A stretch of DNA of 57,547 nt from Minisyncoccota bacterium (GCA_028690055.1 JAQVBZ010000007.1:1-57547), one strand, 5' to 3'; positions 1 through 10,041 are shown, counted from the first letter of the stretch. Numbers and translations: made by a program. Notes: a model not told the origin generated them from the letters alone.

Positions 1-120
1 TTTAAGGTAAGATGTTGGTAAGACATTTCGTTAGGGTTAATGATTAGTTATTCTACGTAACTATTATACCTCAAACGAGATGTCTTTTGTTTAAAAGGGA
101 ATTGCACTTCAGAATAGAAT

Positions 121-515
121 TTAAGGTCGCACATTTGATAATTCATAAGCTATATCATAATTAGGAGCACTCTTTTCGGTTATCGCCGGTTCTGGATTAG
201 AGTTCTCAGCTGCCACTTGCACTTTATCTACCTCCTGCTCCTGATTCTCTAAAATATTATCCTCGGTGTACTGCTGCACAAATTCTTTGTTTTCTAAATC
301 GCCATTCAGCTGATTTCTTTCGTTCGAATCCAGTGTCGCGTCAAATAAAAACTTGTTACTAAAAAAGCGCAAACGAAGAATAAACTGATTTTACCTCTAC
401 TCGTGTGTTGTTTAAAAAATCTTGAAAAAGTCCTGGGCTTAATTAAACCGACGACTAAACAGACCAAACAAACTAAGCCTAGAGAACTAAGAATAGTTGT
501 TAGTCCACTAAACAT
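121..515 (-). pseudogene. Probable frameshifted membrane-anchored protein (ORFs 306..629 and 121..372 look like two halves of one gene)
   Basis: TM-rich N-half from ATG 515 (MFSGLTTILSSLGLVCLVCLVVGLIKP...) overlaps an acidic soluble half (LFDATLDSNE...) in another frame; one base restored near 350 gives ...VTSF-LFDATLDS; AT-rich. Confidence 0.4.
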
Positions 516-667
516 AAGGTTTGAATTATTTAATAAATATTTATTACTACAAGTATACAACAAACAATAAAAACAACCAATTACAATATTAATAACACTT
601 TTATAGACTTCTCCCCGTTTTTTTGCCATAATGGGGAAAGAATATAATCAGCTTTCATAATAGAAAA

Positions 668-1783
668 ATGAAAATCGCTTTGGTCCATGATTATCTGGTG
701 CAATACGGAGGGGCGGAAAGAGTATTGGAAGCTTTTTGCGAGATTTTTCCGAATGCGCCGATTTTCACGATGGTTTATGACGAAAAACTCACCAACGGCG
801 CTTTTAAGGACAGAAGAATCCACACTTCTTTTCTGCAAAAAATCCCTTTTATAAGCTCGCATCATCGTGCCTATCCGCTTTTGATGCCGATTGCCATCGA
901 GAGTTTTGATCTGAACGACTTTGACGTGGTACTCTCTGATTCCAACAGCTATGCCAAGGGCGTCCTTACTGGCACGGATACCCTGCACATCACCTATTGC
1001 CACACACCGATGCGCTACGCTTGGGACGACTGTCACCGTCATATGCGCGAATTTGAATATTCCAAATTCACCAGAAAATTCTTGCCCTTCGGAATAAGCT
1101 ACCTCAGACTTTGGGACAAAATTTCCGCCGACCGACCCGACAAATATATCGCCAATTCAAAATTCGTTTCCAGCCGCATAAAAAAATATTACGCCAAAGA
1201 CTCCACGGTTATCTATCCTCCCGTAAACCTCGACGGTTTCCATATCGCGGAAAAAACCGAAAACTACTATCTGGCAGTTGGACGCGCTCTTCCTTACAAA
1301 AGATTCGACATAGTGATCAAGGCTTTCAATAAACTCAAATTCCCCCTTAAAATCATCGGCAAAGGACCGGAGATGGAAAACCTGAAAAAAATGGCGAAAG
1401 ACAATATCGAATTCCTGGGCTATCTGAATGACGAAGAGGCGAGCAGATATTACGCAAAATGCCGGGCGCTCATTTTTCCCTCTGAAGAAGATTTCGGTAT
1501 CACACCTCTGGAAGCGATGGCCTCCGGACGTCCGGTCATCGCTTATCGGGGCGGGGGAGCACTGGAGACTGTGGTAGAAGATGTAAGCGGAGTATTCTTC
1601 GACCGGCAAACACCCGAAGCTATCGTCAAAACTGTCGAAAATTTTCAAAGTGAGAAATTCGACCCACGCAAAATCCGTGCGCAGGCGGAAAAATTCGATC
1701 GGAATATTTTCAAATCCAGGATCAAGGGTCTTGTGGAAAGTGAATATGAAAATTTTAAAAATAACCAAAAATCATGGAACTAA
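668..1783 (+). CDS. Glycosyltransferase family 4 (GT-B)
   Basis: N-terminal MKIALVHDYLVQYGGAERVL, EX7E motif EDFGITPLE. Confidence 0.93.
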   Translation: MKIALVHDYLVQYGGAERVLEAFCEIFPNAPIFTMVYDEKLTNGAFKDRRIHTSFLQKIPFISSHHRAYPLLMPIAIESFDLNDFDVVLSDSNSYAKGVLTGTDTLHITYCHTPMRYAWDDCHRHMREFEYSKFTRKFLPFGISYLRLWDKISADRPDKYIANSKFVSSRIKKYYAKDSTVIYPPVNLDGFHIAEKTENYYLAVGRALPYKRFDIVIKAFNKLKFPLKIIGKGPEMENLKKMAKDNIEFLGYLNDEEASRYYAKCRALIFPSEEDFGITPLEAMASGRPVIAYRGGGALETVVEDVSGVFFDRQTPEAIVKTVENFQSEKFDPRKIRAQAEKFDRNIFKSRIKGLVESEYENFKNNQKSWN

Positions 1784-2379
1784 AAAGTTATTTGAAAGTC
1801 ATAAAGTCGGAAAAGAAAATGATTATTGCCCTCACACTTTTGACTGCGCTGTTCGCTTGGGTCTTCTCCGTCTATATGCCGACCCGCTACGAAACATCCG
1901 TTTCGCTTTTTATCGCCAAAGACGGTACGCAAGACACCACGGAATTCAAATATGCCGGCTACTACGCTTTGGAGTCGGGAGAAATCGTAGCGGACAATAT
2001 AGAAAAAATGTTGCAAAGCCCGCAATTGGTAGAGAAAATTTACAGTGTGTCGGGAGTAGATCCTAATTTCAAGAATATCAAAGGCTACAAAAAGAAATTC
2101 ACCGCCAAAAAAATGTCCAACTCCTACGTCGAGGTAAGCTTCGAAACTGACAACCGCGAGGATGCGGAAAAACTCGCCAAATCTCTTACTGCAGCCGTCA
2201 ACGAACAAGTGAAGGGAACTGCCAGTCAGAGCCAGAACGAGGTTGCCTTCACGATTGAGAATACCGAGCCGATCATCATCGAATCCAAACCCGATGCGAC
2301 GCTAAACCTTGGTTTGGGGTTGCTGTCAGGAGTTTTTCTCGGTATCCTTGCTGCTTTCTTAAAAAAATATTTCGCCTAA
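1774..2379 (+). CDS. Wzz/CpsC-like polysaccharide chain-length determinant
   Basis: MELKSYLKVI start, N- and C-terminal TM helices around a soluble loop, PIIIES..P before the last TM; sits between GT genes. Confidence 0.75.
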   Translation: MELKSYLKVIKSEKKMIIALTLLTALFAWVFSVYMPTRYETSVSLFIAKDGTQDTTEFKYAGYYALESGEIVADNIEKMLQSPQLVEKIYSVSGVDPNFKNIKGYKKKFTAKKMSNSYVEVSFETDNREDAEKLAKSLTAAVNEQVKGTASQSQNEVAFTIENTEPIIIESKPDATLNLGLGLLSGVFLGILAAFLKKYFA

Positions 2380-2380
2380 A

Positions 2381-3529
2381 ATGAGAACCACTATCGGCAT
2401 CGATATCCGCATGCTTGCGCGCGGCAACAAATCCGGAGTAGAGGAATACACCTCAGAACTGCTGGAACATATGCTGCCATTAGGTGGCGATATCCGCTTC
2501 AAACTTTTTTATAACGGCTGGAAAAAAGAGCCGTTGGATTTCAAGTGGCTCGAATTGCCGAATGTCGAGCTCAAAGAATTCCGTATCCCGAACCGCATCT
2601 TGGACGGAACGTTTCGCTTCCTCGACCTTCCCAAGGTGGATAGTCTCTTGGGTGGCGTAGATAAATTTTTCTCACCTCATATCTTTCTTTCTTCGGTCGG
2701 TAAGAGCTGCGAGAAGATTGTGACATTCCATGACCTCAGTTTTGAGAAATATCCCGAGTTTTATTCCTCGCAGAAAAATTTCTGGCACTTCTCGATGAAC
2801 CCGCGGCAACAAGCGGAGCGGGCAGACAATATTATCGCCGTCTCCGCGTCCACCAAACAAGATTTAGTGGAGATTTACAAAATAGCGCCGGAAAAGATCA
2901 AAGTCATTTATTCGGGATTAAGCATGAAAGTCAAAAAAGAAGTCTTGCCGCAGGAAAAAATCTACGTGCAAAAAAAATATAATCTGCCGGATAATTACAT
3001 CCTCTACCTCGGTACATTGGAGCCTCGCAAAAATATCGTGAGCCTGCTTACCGCTTTCGACAGACTGAAAAAAGAAAATACTTTCAAAGATTCCGGCCTC
3101 AAGCTGGTGATTGCCGGTGCCAAGGGGTGGCTTTATAATGAGATCTTTACGACTGCGCAAAAATTTTCTTCGCGCGGAGATATTGTCTTTACCGGCTTCG
3201 TGGAAGACGAATACAAGCCCGCTCTCTATCGAGGAGCAAAGCTTTTCGTCTATCCGTCTTTTTATGAAGGCTTCGGTTTTCCGCCGTTAGAAGCGATGGC
3301 AAAAGGTACGCCGGTCGTCACCTCCGGCATTTCTTCTATCCCGGAGGCAGTGGAGAATGCGGCTATGACCGTCAATCCCACCAGCCCCGACGAGCTCTAC
3401 CGGGCGATGAGAGAAGTCTTGACCGATCCCAAACTTTCCAGCCTCCTCTCCGCCCGGGGATATGAGCGAGCGAAAATTTTCGACTGGAACAAATGCGCCA
3501 AAGAGACACTGGAATTTATTGTGGGGTAA
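2381..3529 (+). CDS. Glycosyltransferase family 4
   Basis: IGIDIR...SGVEEY, TFHDL, GTLEPRKN, EGFGFPPLE motifs. Confidence 0.93.
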   Translation: MRTTIGIDIRMLARGNKSGVEEYTSELLEHMLPLGGDIRFKLFYNGWKKEPLDFKWLELPNVELKEFRIPNRILDGTFRFLDLPKVDSLLGGVDKFFSPHIFLSSVGKSCEKIVTFHDLSFEKYPEFYSSQKNFWHFSMNPRQQAERADNIIAVSASTKQDLVEIYKIAPEKIKVIYSGLSMKVKKEVLPQEKIYVQKKYNLPDNYILYLGTLEPRKNIVSLLTAFDRLKKENTFKDSGLKLVIAGAKGWLYNEIFTTAQKFSSRGDIVFTGFVEDEYKPALYRGAKLFVYPSFYEGFGFPPLEAMAKGTPVVTSGISSIPEAVENAAMTVNPTSPDELYRAMREVLTDPKLSSLLSARGYERAKIFDWNKCAKETLEFIVG

Positions 3530-3557
3530 GTCGGTAGAGTATGGAGAGTCTATAACA

Positions 3558-3666
3558 CGGAGTAGCAGGTTTCAACCTGCGCGGCTGTCCGATGCGAGAA
3601 TAAAGAAATGTATACGAAGCATTTTTCGGCTTGGGATAACCGCGCTGGATAAATCCCGCTACTCCG
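3558..3666. repeat. GTAG-tagged REP doublet (REPIN-like), copy 1, inverted relative to copies 2 and 3
   Basis: CGGAGTAGC...GCTACTCCG ends, internal hairpins GCAGGtttcaaCCTGC and GCtGGATaaATCCcGC; homologous to 33671..33788 and 37849..37961. Confidence 0.85.
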
Positions 3667-3754
3667 CGTAATATAATATTCATAATTCAAGATACGAAGA
3701 TTTCGGACATTCCACAGTAAGAGAAATATTCTCGATTAATATCCATTCAACCTT

Positions 3755-4888
3755 ATGCAAAAAGAATCAAAGCCTAAAACCATCGGTATCGATGCGCGAA
3801 TGTTCGGTTATGCCCAGACGGGGATAGGTAATTATATCCGCCATTTACTTGAATATATTTTTAAAATCGACCATGTGAATAACTACGTCGTTTTCTTGAT
3901 GCCGGAAGAATTCGATAATTTCCAAGTACCCAACGAAAGAGTGCGCAAGGTGATGACTACTTGTAAATGGTACAGCTGGAAAGAGCAGCTCATTTTTCCT
4001 TTTACCCTCTACAAAGAAAACCTCGATTTGATGCATTTCACGCATTTTAATTCTCCTATCTTGTATGGAAAGAAATCTATCATCACCATCCATGACGTCA
4101 CGCCTTACTTCTTCCCCGGACACAAGATGAAATCGCCCCTGCGCCGCTGGAGTTTCCGTCTGGTATTCTATTCTTCGGTCAAGAAGGCAAAAAAGATAAT
4201 CGCCGTTTCCCAATCCACCAAAAACGACATCATTAAATATTTCAAGATAAAGCCCGGCAAAATCCAAGTGATTTACGAAGGCGCGGACGAACAGTTCCGT
4301 ATCCTCGAAGACCGCATAATCGTTGAAGATCTGAGACGGAAATACGGTCTAAGAAAACCTTTTCTCTTCTACACCGGCGTATGGCGCAACCACAAAAATC
4401 TAGTGGGGCTCATCAAGGCTTTCAAAATCGTCAAAGAGAAATATCATCTCGATATAGATCTGGTTCTGGGCGGAAAAGAAGATCCATACTATCCTGAGGT
4501 GCGCGAAACTTGGGAAAAGCTCGGCTTGCAGAACAATATCATTCCCGTCGGTTTCATTGACCAAACGGAGCTGCCCGTTTTCTATAACGCCGCGGACGCT
4601 TTCGTCATCCCTTCTTTCTACGAGGGATTCGGCCTCATCGGACTGGAGGCGATGAGCTGCGGCACACCGGTTATCTCTTCCGACCGGACGAGTTTGCCGG
4701 AAGTTTTAGGTAAAGGCGCGATATATTTTGATCCGGACAGGCCCGAAAAGATAGCGGAAAAGATATGTCTGGTTTTTACCGATAAAAACCTGTATAATGA
4801 ACTCAAGAGAAACGGATTTCTGCAAATCAAAAAATACAGTTGGAACGAGATGGGAAAAGAAACTCTTGAGCTATACAAAAAAATATAA
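3755..4888 (+). CDS. Glycosyltransferase family 4
   Basis: IGIDAR...TGIGNY, TIHDV, HKNL, EGFGLIGLE motifs. Confidence 0.93.
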   Translation: MQKESKPKTIGIDARMFGYAQTGIGNYIRHLLEYIFKIDHVNNYVVFLMPEEFDNFQVPNERVRKVMTTCKWYSWKEQLIFPFTLYKENLDLMHFTHFNSPILYGKKSIITIHDVTPYFFPGHKMKSPLRRWSFRLVFYSSVKKAKKIIAVSQSTKNDIIKYFKIKPGKIQVIYEGADEQFRILEDRIIVEDLRRKYGLRKPFLFYTGVWRNHKNLVGLIKAFKIVKEKYHLDIDLVLGGKEDPYYPEVRETWEKLGLQNNIIPVGFIDQTELPVFYNAADAFVIPSFYEGFGLIGLEAMSCGTPVISSDRTSLPEVLGKGAIYFDPDRPEKIAEKICLVFTDKNLYNELKRNGFLQIKKYSWNEMGKETLELYKKI

Positions 4889-4901
4889 AGATACACAAAA
4901 A

Positions 4902-7280
4902 ATGGATATCGATCTGAAGAAAAAAAATAATTCTTGCACACAAGCACGAGGGGGAGTGGTAAATTTGCGCGCTCTGGCAAAAGATGAACAGCGTATGCAC
5001 ACTCCGGACAATAGAGCTATCGTTAAACCAATCGCTCAGAAAAAATATTTTGATATATTGCCCCGAGACAGAAGATATCGCCCGGTGGCAGAAGTAACAA
5101 AACAGGAAACATTGGTCCGGGAAAAGATACAAGAAGTTCCCGCTATAACAGAAGAAATCGAAGTTATCGCCGAGATAGAAAAAATCGAAAACGTACAATT
5201 TTTTAATGAAAAAAGAAGCGCCCCTGACGGCTGTAACTTCTTGCGCGAAGCCGAGAGGACAAGGCAAGAGAAGCTTCAGCCTGAAACACGTTTTTCTTTG
5301 CCCCGATTGCCCCGAGGTGAAAACTATAATAGAAAATCTTTGCTGCGTTTCGCGGTTTCATCTTTTATGGTTCCCGTCCTTATTTTTACTTTCTCTTTCG
5401 CGCAGTCGCAATTCGAGCGCACGGGAAAAGTTTTGGGGGACAGCACTTCGGCTTACAACAATCTTAAGTCTGCGGCACAATATGCTTCCGTAGCTGATTT
5501 TGCTATGACGGGAGATAATTTCGAATCGGCCACCTTGAATTTTGCCAAAGCGCGCGAGACAGTCGAAGGCATCGGCTTGGGCATCGGCGAGACCGTCGCC
5601 AACCTCCCGATAGATACACCTCTTTCCACCGCTCAGAATCTCACTTCTGCAGGTGAAAATATTTCTCTGGCAGGCAAAGACCTAAGCGATATACTGGCAA
5701 AAGCTTCCGCCCAAAGCGATGACACGGCCCTGCTGGGAAAATTGATCGGATTGGAAGAGAATATGAACAACGCCTCGATGCATCTTCGCAATGCCAGCGC
5801 TAACCTCGAAAAAGTTGATACCAAATATATTCCGGCAGATATGCAGGAAAAAATCCGGATGGCCAAGGACACACTGCCGGCCGTCTCTACCAATTTCGAA
5901 AAGCTCGCCGAAGACTATCCTCTCATTTCCGAGATGTTAGGAAGCCAGCAATCACAAAAATATCTCCTGCTCTTCGAAAACAATAGCGAGATACGCGCCA
6001 CTGGCGGCTTTATCGGTAGCTACGGCATCTTGGATATCGAAAACGGCAAAGTCAAAAACCTGAGTATCGACGGTATCTTCAATCCCGACGGACAACTCAA
6101 AGAAAAAATCGTACCGCCGATGCCCATCCAAAAAATCAGCGCCAGCTGGAGCATGCACGACGCCAACTGGTTCGCAGATTTCCCGACCAGCGCCAAAAAG
6201 ATTGCCCTCCTTTATGAAAAGACCGGAGGCCCTACGGTAGACGGCGTTATCGCCATTACTCCGGAAACGATCAAGAAACTCCTCGCAATCACCGGACCGA
6301 TTGAGATGCCGGCATACGACATCACCATCACGACAGACAATTTTGTCGCCGAAACCCAGAATCAGGTGGAGGCCCTCTACGATCAAGAAGATAACCGCCC
6401 AAAAAAAATCCTTGCCGACTTGGCGCCAATCCTTATCGAGAAGGTTCTCCAAGTCAATGCGAACAGCTCGGAAGAACGAACGGCACAGCTCATGGGAATT
6501 ATTCGCACCGGAGAGGAATCTCTCCAAGAAAAACATATACTTATATATCACCGCAACGAAGCGATTGAAACCATGATCAAGAAGCGGGGGTGGGGAGGAG
6601 AAGTTATCCAGAATGAAAAAGGCGATTATCTGTCCGTAATCGATTCAAACATCAACGGCTACAAGACCGACGCGGTTGTCGAAGAAAAAATCAAGTTGGA
6701 GACCGAAATCCAAAAAGACGGCAAAATCATCAACACGCTGACCATCAACCGCAAGCACTTGGGTGGCAACGAAGACTATGACTGGTACAACCGCGTGAAC
6801 GCCGATTATATGCGCGTCTACGTACCGAAAGGAAGCGTCCTTCTGGAAGCATCCGGCAATACTGTCGAAGAATACAACCCGCCTATGGACTATGCCAGCT
6901 TCAAAATCGATCCCGACGTGGCAGCCATCGAAAAAACGATAAAAATCGACTCCGCCTCCGGCACACAAATTTTTGAGGAAACGGGCAAGACTGTCTTCGG
7001 CAACTGGATCTATGTCAGTCCGCAGGAAGAAGTGACCGTTGTCTACAAATACGAACTACCCTTCAGAATAGATTTCGAATCGCAAAGTAAAGAAGCAGAC
7101 GCCTACAGTGCCATCATCCAGAAACAGGCCGGAGACGTAGGAAATGATTATACGGCTACTATAAAATTTCCCGAGGAATGGTCGATCGCCTGGGAGACAG
7201 GCAACTTACAAAATGAAAATCAAATATCAAAAAAGTTAGACAGGGACATGATTTACGGAATAGTGTTTGTCAAAAAATAA
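4902..7280 (+). CDS. DUF4012-domain membrane-anchored protein
   Basis: YLLLFENNSEIRATGGFIGSY, DANWFADFPTSA, DGVIAITP, NINGYKTD motifs; start moved to ATG 4902 to avoid overlap with the GT gene. Confidence 0.85.
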   Translation: MDIDLKKKNNSCTQARGGVVNLRALAKDEQRMHTPDNRAIVKPIAQKKYFDILPRDRRYRPVAEVTKQETLVREKIQEVPAITEEIEVIAEIEKIENVQFFNEKRSAPDGCNFLREAERTRQEKLQPETRFSLPRLPRGENYNRKSLLRFAVSSFMVPVLIFTFSFAQSQFERTGKVLGDSTSAYNNLKSAAQYASVADFAMTGDNFESATLNFAKARETVEGIGLGIGETVANLPIDTPLSTAQNLTSAGENISLAGKDLSDILAKASAQSDDTALLGKLIGLEENMNNASMHLRNASANLEKVDTKYIPADMQEKIRMAKDTLPAVSTNFEKLAEDYPLISEMLGSQQSQKYLLLFENNSEIRATGGFIGSYGILDIENGKVKNLSIDGIFNPDGQLKEKIVPPMPIQKISASWSMHDANWFADFPTSAKKIALLYEKTGGPTVDGVIAITPETIKKLLAITGPIEMPAYDITITTDNFVAETQNQVEALYDQEDNRPKKILADLAPILIEKVLQVNANSSEERTAQLMGIIRTGEESLQEKHILIYHRNEAIETMIKKRGWGGEVIQNEKGDYLSVIDSNINGYKTDAVVEEKIKLETEIQKDGKIINTLTINRKHLGGNEDYDWYNRVNADYMRVYVPKGSVLLEASGNTVEEYNPPMDYASFKIDPDVAAIEKTIKIDSASGTQIFEETGKTVFGNWIYVSPQEEVTVVYKYELPFRIDFESQSKEADAYSAIIQKQAGDVGNDYTATIKFPEEWSIAWETGNLQNENQISKKLDRDMIYGIVFVKK

Positions 7281-7453
7281 GTCTTAGCCTGTCGTTCCGT
7301 AATTTTGCTACTGCAAAATATCCGGAACCCCGGACAACAGCTTCACCGATTCCAAACACATGGAAATTAAAATCACTGCTGAAAAAGAAAGTCTATTTTA
7401 CAAACAAATCAAATAGTGTTAAAATTTCTTTAAAGCTAAATAATATTTCAAAT

Positions 7454-7801
7454 ATGCCCATCAAGCAATCTGCAAAGGAAAGTCTGGCGAAATTCGTATG
7501 TCTAGTTTCATCACTCTTACCGTTCGCGGTATCAGCCAAACTGGAAGCGATAGAAGGTGTGCCGAGCAAACCCCTTACCGATGTTTTGAGCGACCTTACC
7601 AAATGGGTTTTAGAATTCGGGCTGGCGCTTTGCGTCATTCTTATTATCTGGAGCGGTATCACTTATATCGCCGCGACCGGAGATGAAGAAAGAATAAAAA
7701 AATCAAAGAAAACTATCCACTACGCCATTTATGGTATTGCCATAATCGGTCTTTCTTTTGCAATGATAAAAGTTGTCAACGATGTCCTTATCACAAACTA
7801 A
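7454..7801 (+). CDS. TrbC/VirB2-family (CPR-type) pilin 1
   Basis: Signal peptide, two TM helices joined by GITYIAATGDEERIKKSKKTIHYAIYG. Confidence 0.85.
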   Translation: MPIKQSAKESLAKFVCLVSSLLPFAVSAKLEAIEGVPSKPLTDVLSDLTKWVLEFGLALCVILIIWSGITYIAATGDEERIKKSKKTIHYAIYGIAIIGLSFAMIKVVNDVLITN

Positions 7802-7805
7802 AAAT

Positions 7806-8150
7806 ATGAAACCACAAAAAAAAATATTGGGGTTATTCGTTACGGCATTGGCCTTGAGCGCTAACACCGCCCAAGCCACGGGTTGGCAAATGCCTACCAA
7901 CCCCGGAAGCCTACCGGAAGATTTTATGGGTTCTCTTGGCAACATAACTACTTGGCTATTGGAACTTGCCGCTGCGCTTGCCGTACTGGCTATCATTTAC
8001 GCAGGAGTCGTATATACTGCCTCCAGCGGAGACCAAGAACGCGTAGATAGTGCCAAGAAGTCGATAAAATATGCCATCATGGGACTCGCGATGGCCGGAA
8101 TCGCTTATGCCATAGTAAATGTCATTATTACCAAAATCCTAGTCGCCTAG
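7806..8150 (+). CDS. TrbC/VirB2-family pilin 2
   Basis: GVVYTASSGDQERVDSAKKSIKYAIMG; ATG 7806 lies just after the pilin 1 stop. Confidence 0.85.
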   Translation: MKPQKKILGLFVTALALSANTAQATGWQMPTNPGSLPEDFMGSLGNITTWLLELAAALAVLAIIYAGVVYTASSGDQERVDSAKKSIKYAIMGLAMAGIAYAIVNVIITKILVA

Positions 8151-8203
8151 GTCGGATATGGCACATTATGGAATATAGATTAATCAAAATAATCGATCTT
8201 ACG

Positions 8204-8602
8204 ATGAATAAAGCAAAAAGTATATTGCTAACAGCCGTACTGGCGCTACTTCCACTGTCAACAGTGCTTGCAGGAGGCTGGGTTGCACCTGCGAATAAAC
8301 CCAACGGCGTACCTGAGGATTTGGACAAGACGATACTAAGCGCCACCAACTGGATTTTGGGATTAATAAGTTTGATAGCCGTACTGGCAATCATATGGGG
8401 AGGAGTCCAATATCTTACTTCGGCCGGAAACGAAGACACGATGCGTACTGCAAAGAAAACCATAACCTACGCGATAATAGGATTGGTAATTGCCGGAATA
8501 GCTTATTCGATAGTGAACGTTCTTATCACGACAGTCATTACAGATGGTGGTGCAGCTGCTGGAGATGCGGTAAACACGAATACAGTATCCGGTGGCATGT
8601 AA
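8204..8602 (+). CDS. TrbC/VirB2-family pilin 3
   Basis: GGVQYLTSAGNEDTMRTAKKTITYAIIG; start refined to MNKAKS. Confidence 0.85.
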   Translation: MNKAKSILLTAVLALLPLSTVLAGGWVAPANKPNGVPEDLDKTILSATNWILGLISLIAVLAIIWGGVQYLTSAGNEDTMRTAKKTITYAIIGLVIAGIAYSIVNVLITTVITDGGAAAGDAVNTNTVSGGM

Positions 8603-8684
8603 GACGTGCATAAAATAATATTAGAAAATCGATAACATTTTACTTAAATTAAATAACTCAAGTAATTGAAAGGAGGTGAATAGA

Positions 8685-9086
8685 ATGAATAAATTAGCAA
8701 AATTAATGACATCAGGCATGTTTGCGCATGTAGTAATTTTTGCTTCTTATGCCGGTGCCACTGGCGGTACTGGCGCTGCTACCGGATGGGGAACCCAACC
8801 AACAGGAAATACACAGCCAACTGGCGTTCCGACTGACCTCACCGCCACCGTAATGAGCATAACCAATTGGATTCTGGGATTTGTTGCCGTGATTGCAACT
8901 TTGATTATCATTTATGGAGGTGTTCTGTATCTGACCTCTGCTGGGAGCGAAGACATGATCAGTAAAGCAAAGACCACTATCGTTTATGGTATCGTAGGTT
9001 TAATCGTTTGTGGCTTGGCTTACGCTATGGTTTCTGTCGTTGCTACCATATTAGGAGGACAAACAGGAACAGGAGCTGCGGGTTAA
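8685..9086 (+). CDS. TrbC/VirB2-family pilin 4 (candidate major pilin)
   Basis: GGVLYLTSAGSEDMISKAKTTIVYGIVG; perfect SD AAGGAGGTGA 5 nt before ATG 8685. Confidence 0.87.
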   Translation: MNKLAKLMTSGMFAHVVIFASYAGATGGTGAATGWGTQPTGNTQPTGVPTDLTATVMSITNWILGFVAVIATLIIIYGGVLYLTSAGSEDMISKAKTTIVYGIVGLIVCGLAYAMVSVVATILGGQTGTGAAG

Positions 9087-9136
9087 AGAGACAAAATAAA
9101 AATTTTTGAAGTAGAGCGCTCTGTTATACAAAAAAA

Positions 9137-9180
9137 TAAAAATAAAAATCGCCTTTTGACAAGGCGGTTTTTATTTTTAT
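9137..9180 (+). terminator. Intrinsic (bidirectional) terminator after the pilin array
   Basis: CGCCTT-ttgac-AAGGCG hairpin with A- and T-tracts on either side. Confidence 0.8.
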
Positions 9181-9354
9181 CGATATCTTTCAGTTATATA
9201 TAAAACAGATCACACATAACAGCACGATTCGCAATAAAGTTTTACAAAAAAATCCCCGAGTAGAAGAAATTCTGTCGGGAAAAAGTTTTTCTCTTTTAAC
9301 TGCTATCCGGTCTAGGGCTAAAATACCCGATTGAAGAAAAACCGAAATACGTTT

Positions 9355-9584
9355 TTAGGTCTCAAACGTATTTTTACAACCGCCTATAAGACAGCCATAC
9401 TCATTGCCCTGTCCATAACAGTGTGATTCGTTTCTTGATTCCACATGACCGCAATCCTTACACAGGTGGGACCATTCGGCATATTCCATATCCGCTCCGG
9501 TCGAGTAAAAATCAAGACGACAAATTACATTCTTCGACCCGCACTTATTACATGGAACTAACGATTTTTTTCTTCCACGCTCAC
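9355..9584 (-). pseudogene. Cys-rich zinc-ribbon-like microprotein gene split by a frameshift in an A7 run (pseudogene, slippage site or assembly error)
   Basis: SD AAGGAGG 8 nt before GTG 9584; one extra A in the run at 9565..9571 gives a 76-aa ORF with CNKC and CKDC; hairpin 9345..9373 at the stop. Confidence 0.6.
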
Positions 9585-9756
9585 AATATTTTCCTCCTTT
9601 GTTTTAGAGCCGAGCCTATTTTGGCCAGCTTTAGTAAACGATACTCTCAATCAAAAAGAAAAGCAAGATAAAATACGAAAATTTTAACAAGATTTATCAC
9701 GATACCCCATAAAAAAAGAACCCTCTAATCAAAAAAGGCTCAATTCTACAAGCAAG

Positions 9757-9836
9757 TGCAGGCGGTGGGAGTCGAACCCACACTCCGAAGAACATGGTCC
9801 TAAGCCATGCGCGTATGCCAATTCCGCCACGCCTGC
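9757..9836 (-). tRNA. tRNA-Leu(TAG)
   Basis: GCAGGCG/CGCCTGC acceptor stem, anticodon arm CATGG-CTTAGGA-CCATG, GTTCGACTC T-loop; upstream TTGCAT-N16-TATACT. Confidence 0.95.
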
Positions 9837-9956
9837 AAAATGAAAAATACTTTATAAGTATATACAAAATCAGGTAAAATGCAAGGGAGAGACAATAAAT
9901 AACTTATAACCGACTATTTCAAGAAATACCGAAGGTTATTTAAGCAGGACATTACG

Positions 9957-10041
9957 CATAATCCTGAGGCACCCCGAAAGATCCCAGTATCATATTCCTC
10001 GCGCCTTCTCACGGGATTCTTCGGGGTACCTCAGAATGACA
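9957..10041. repeat. TGTCAT-tagged palindromic repeat, copy a (left tag degenerate)
   Basis: cctgaggcaccccgaaagatccc...gggattcttcggggtacctcagaatgaca. Confidence 0.85.

Noticed and set aside
7290-7336. TGTC...GACA hairpin after the DUF4012 gene as another TGTCAT repeat
   Set aside because: It lacks the CAT after the tag and the family's arm motifs; more simply a 3' hairpin or terminator.
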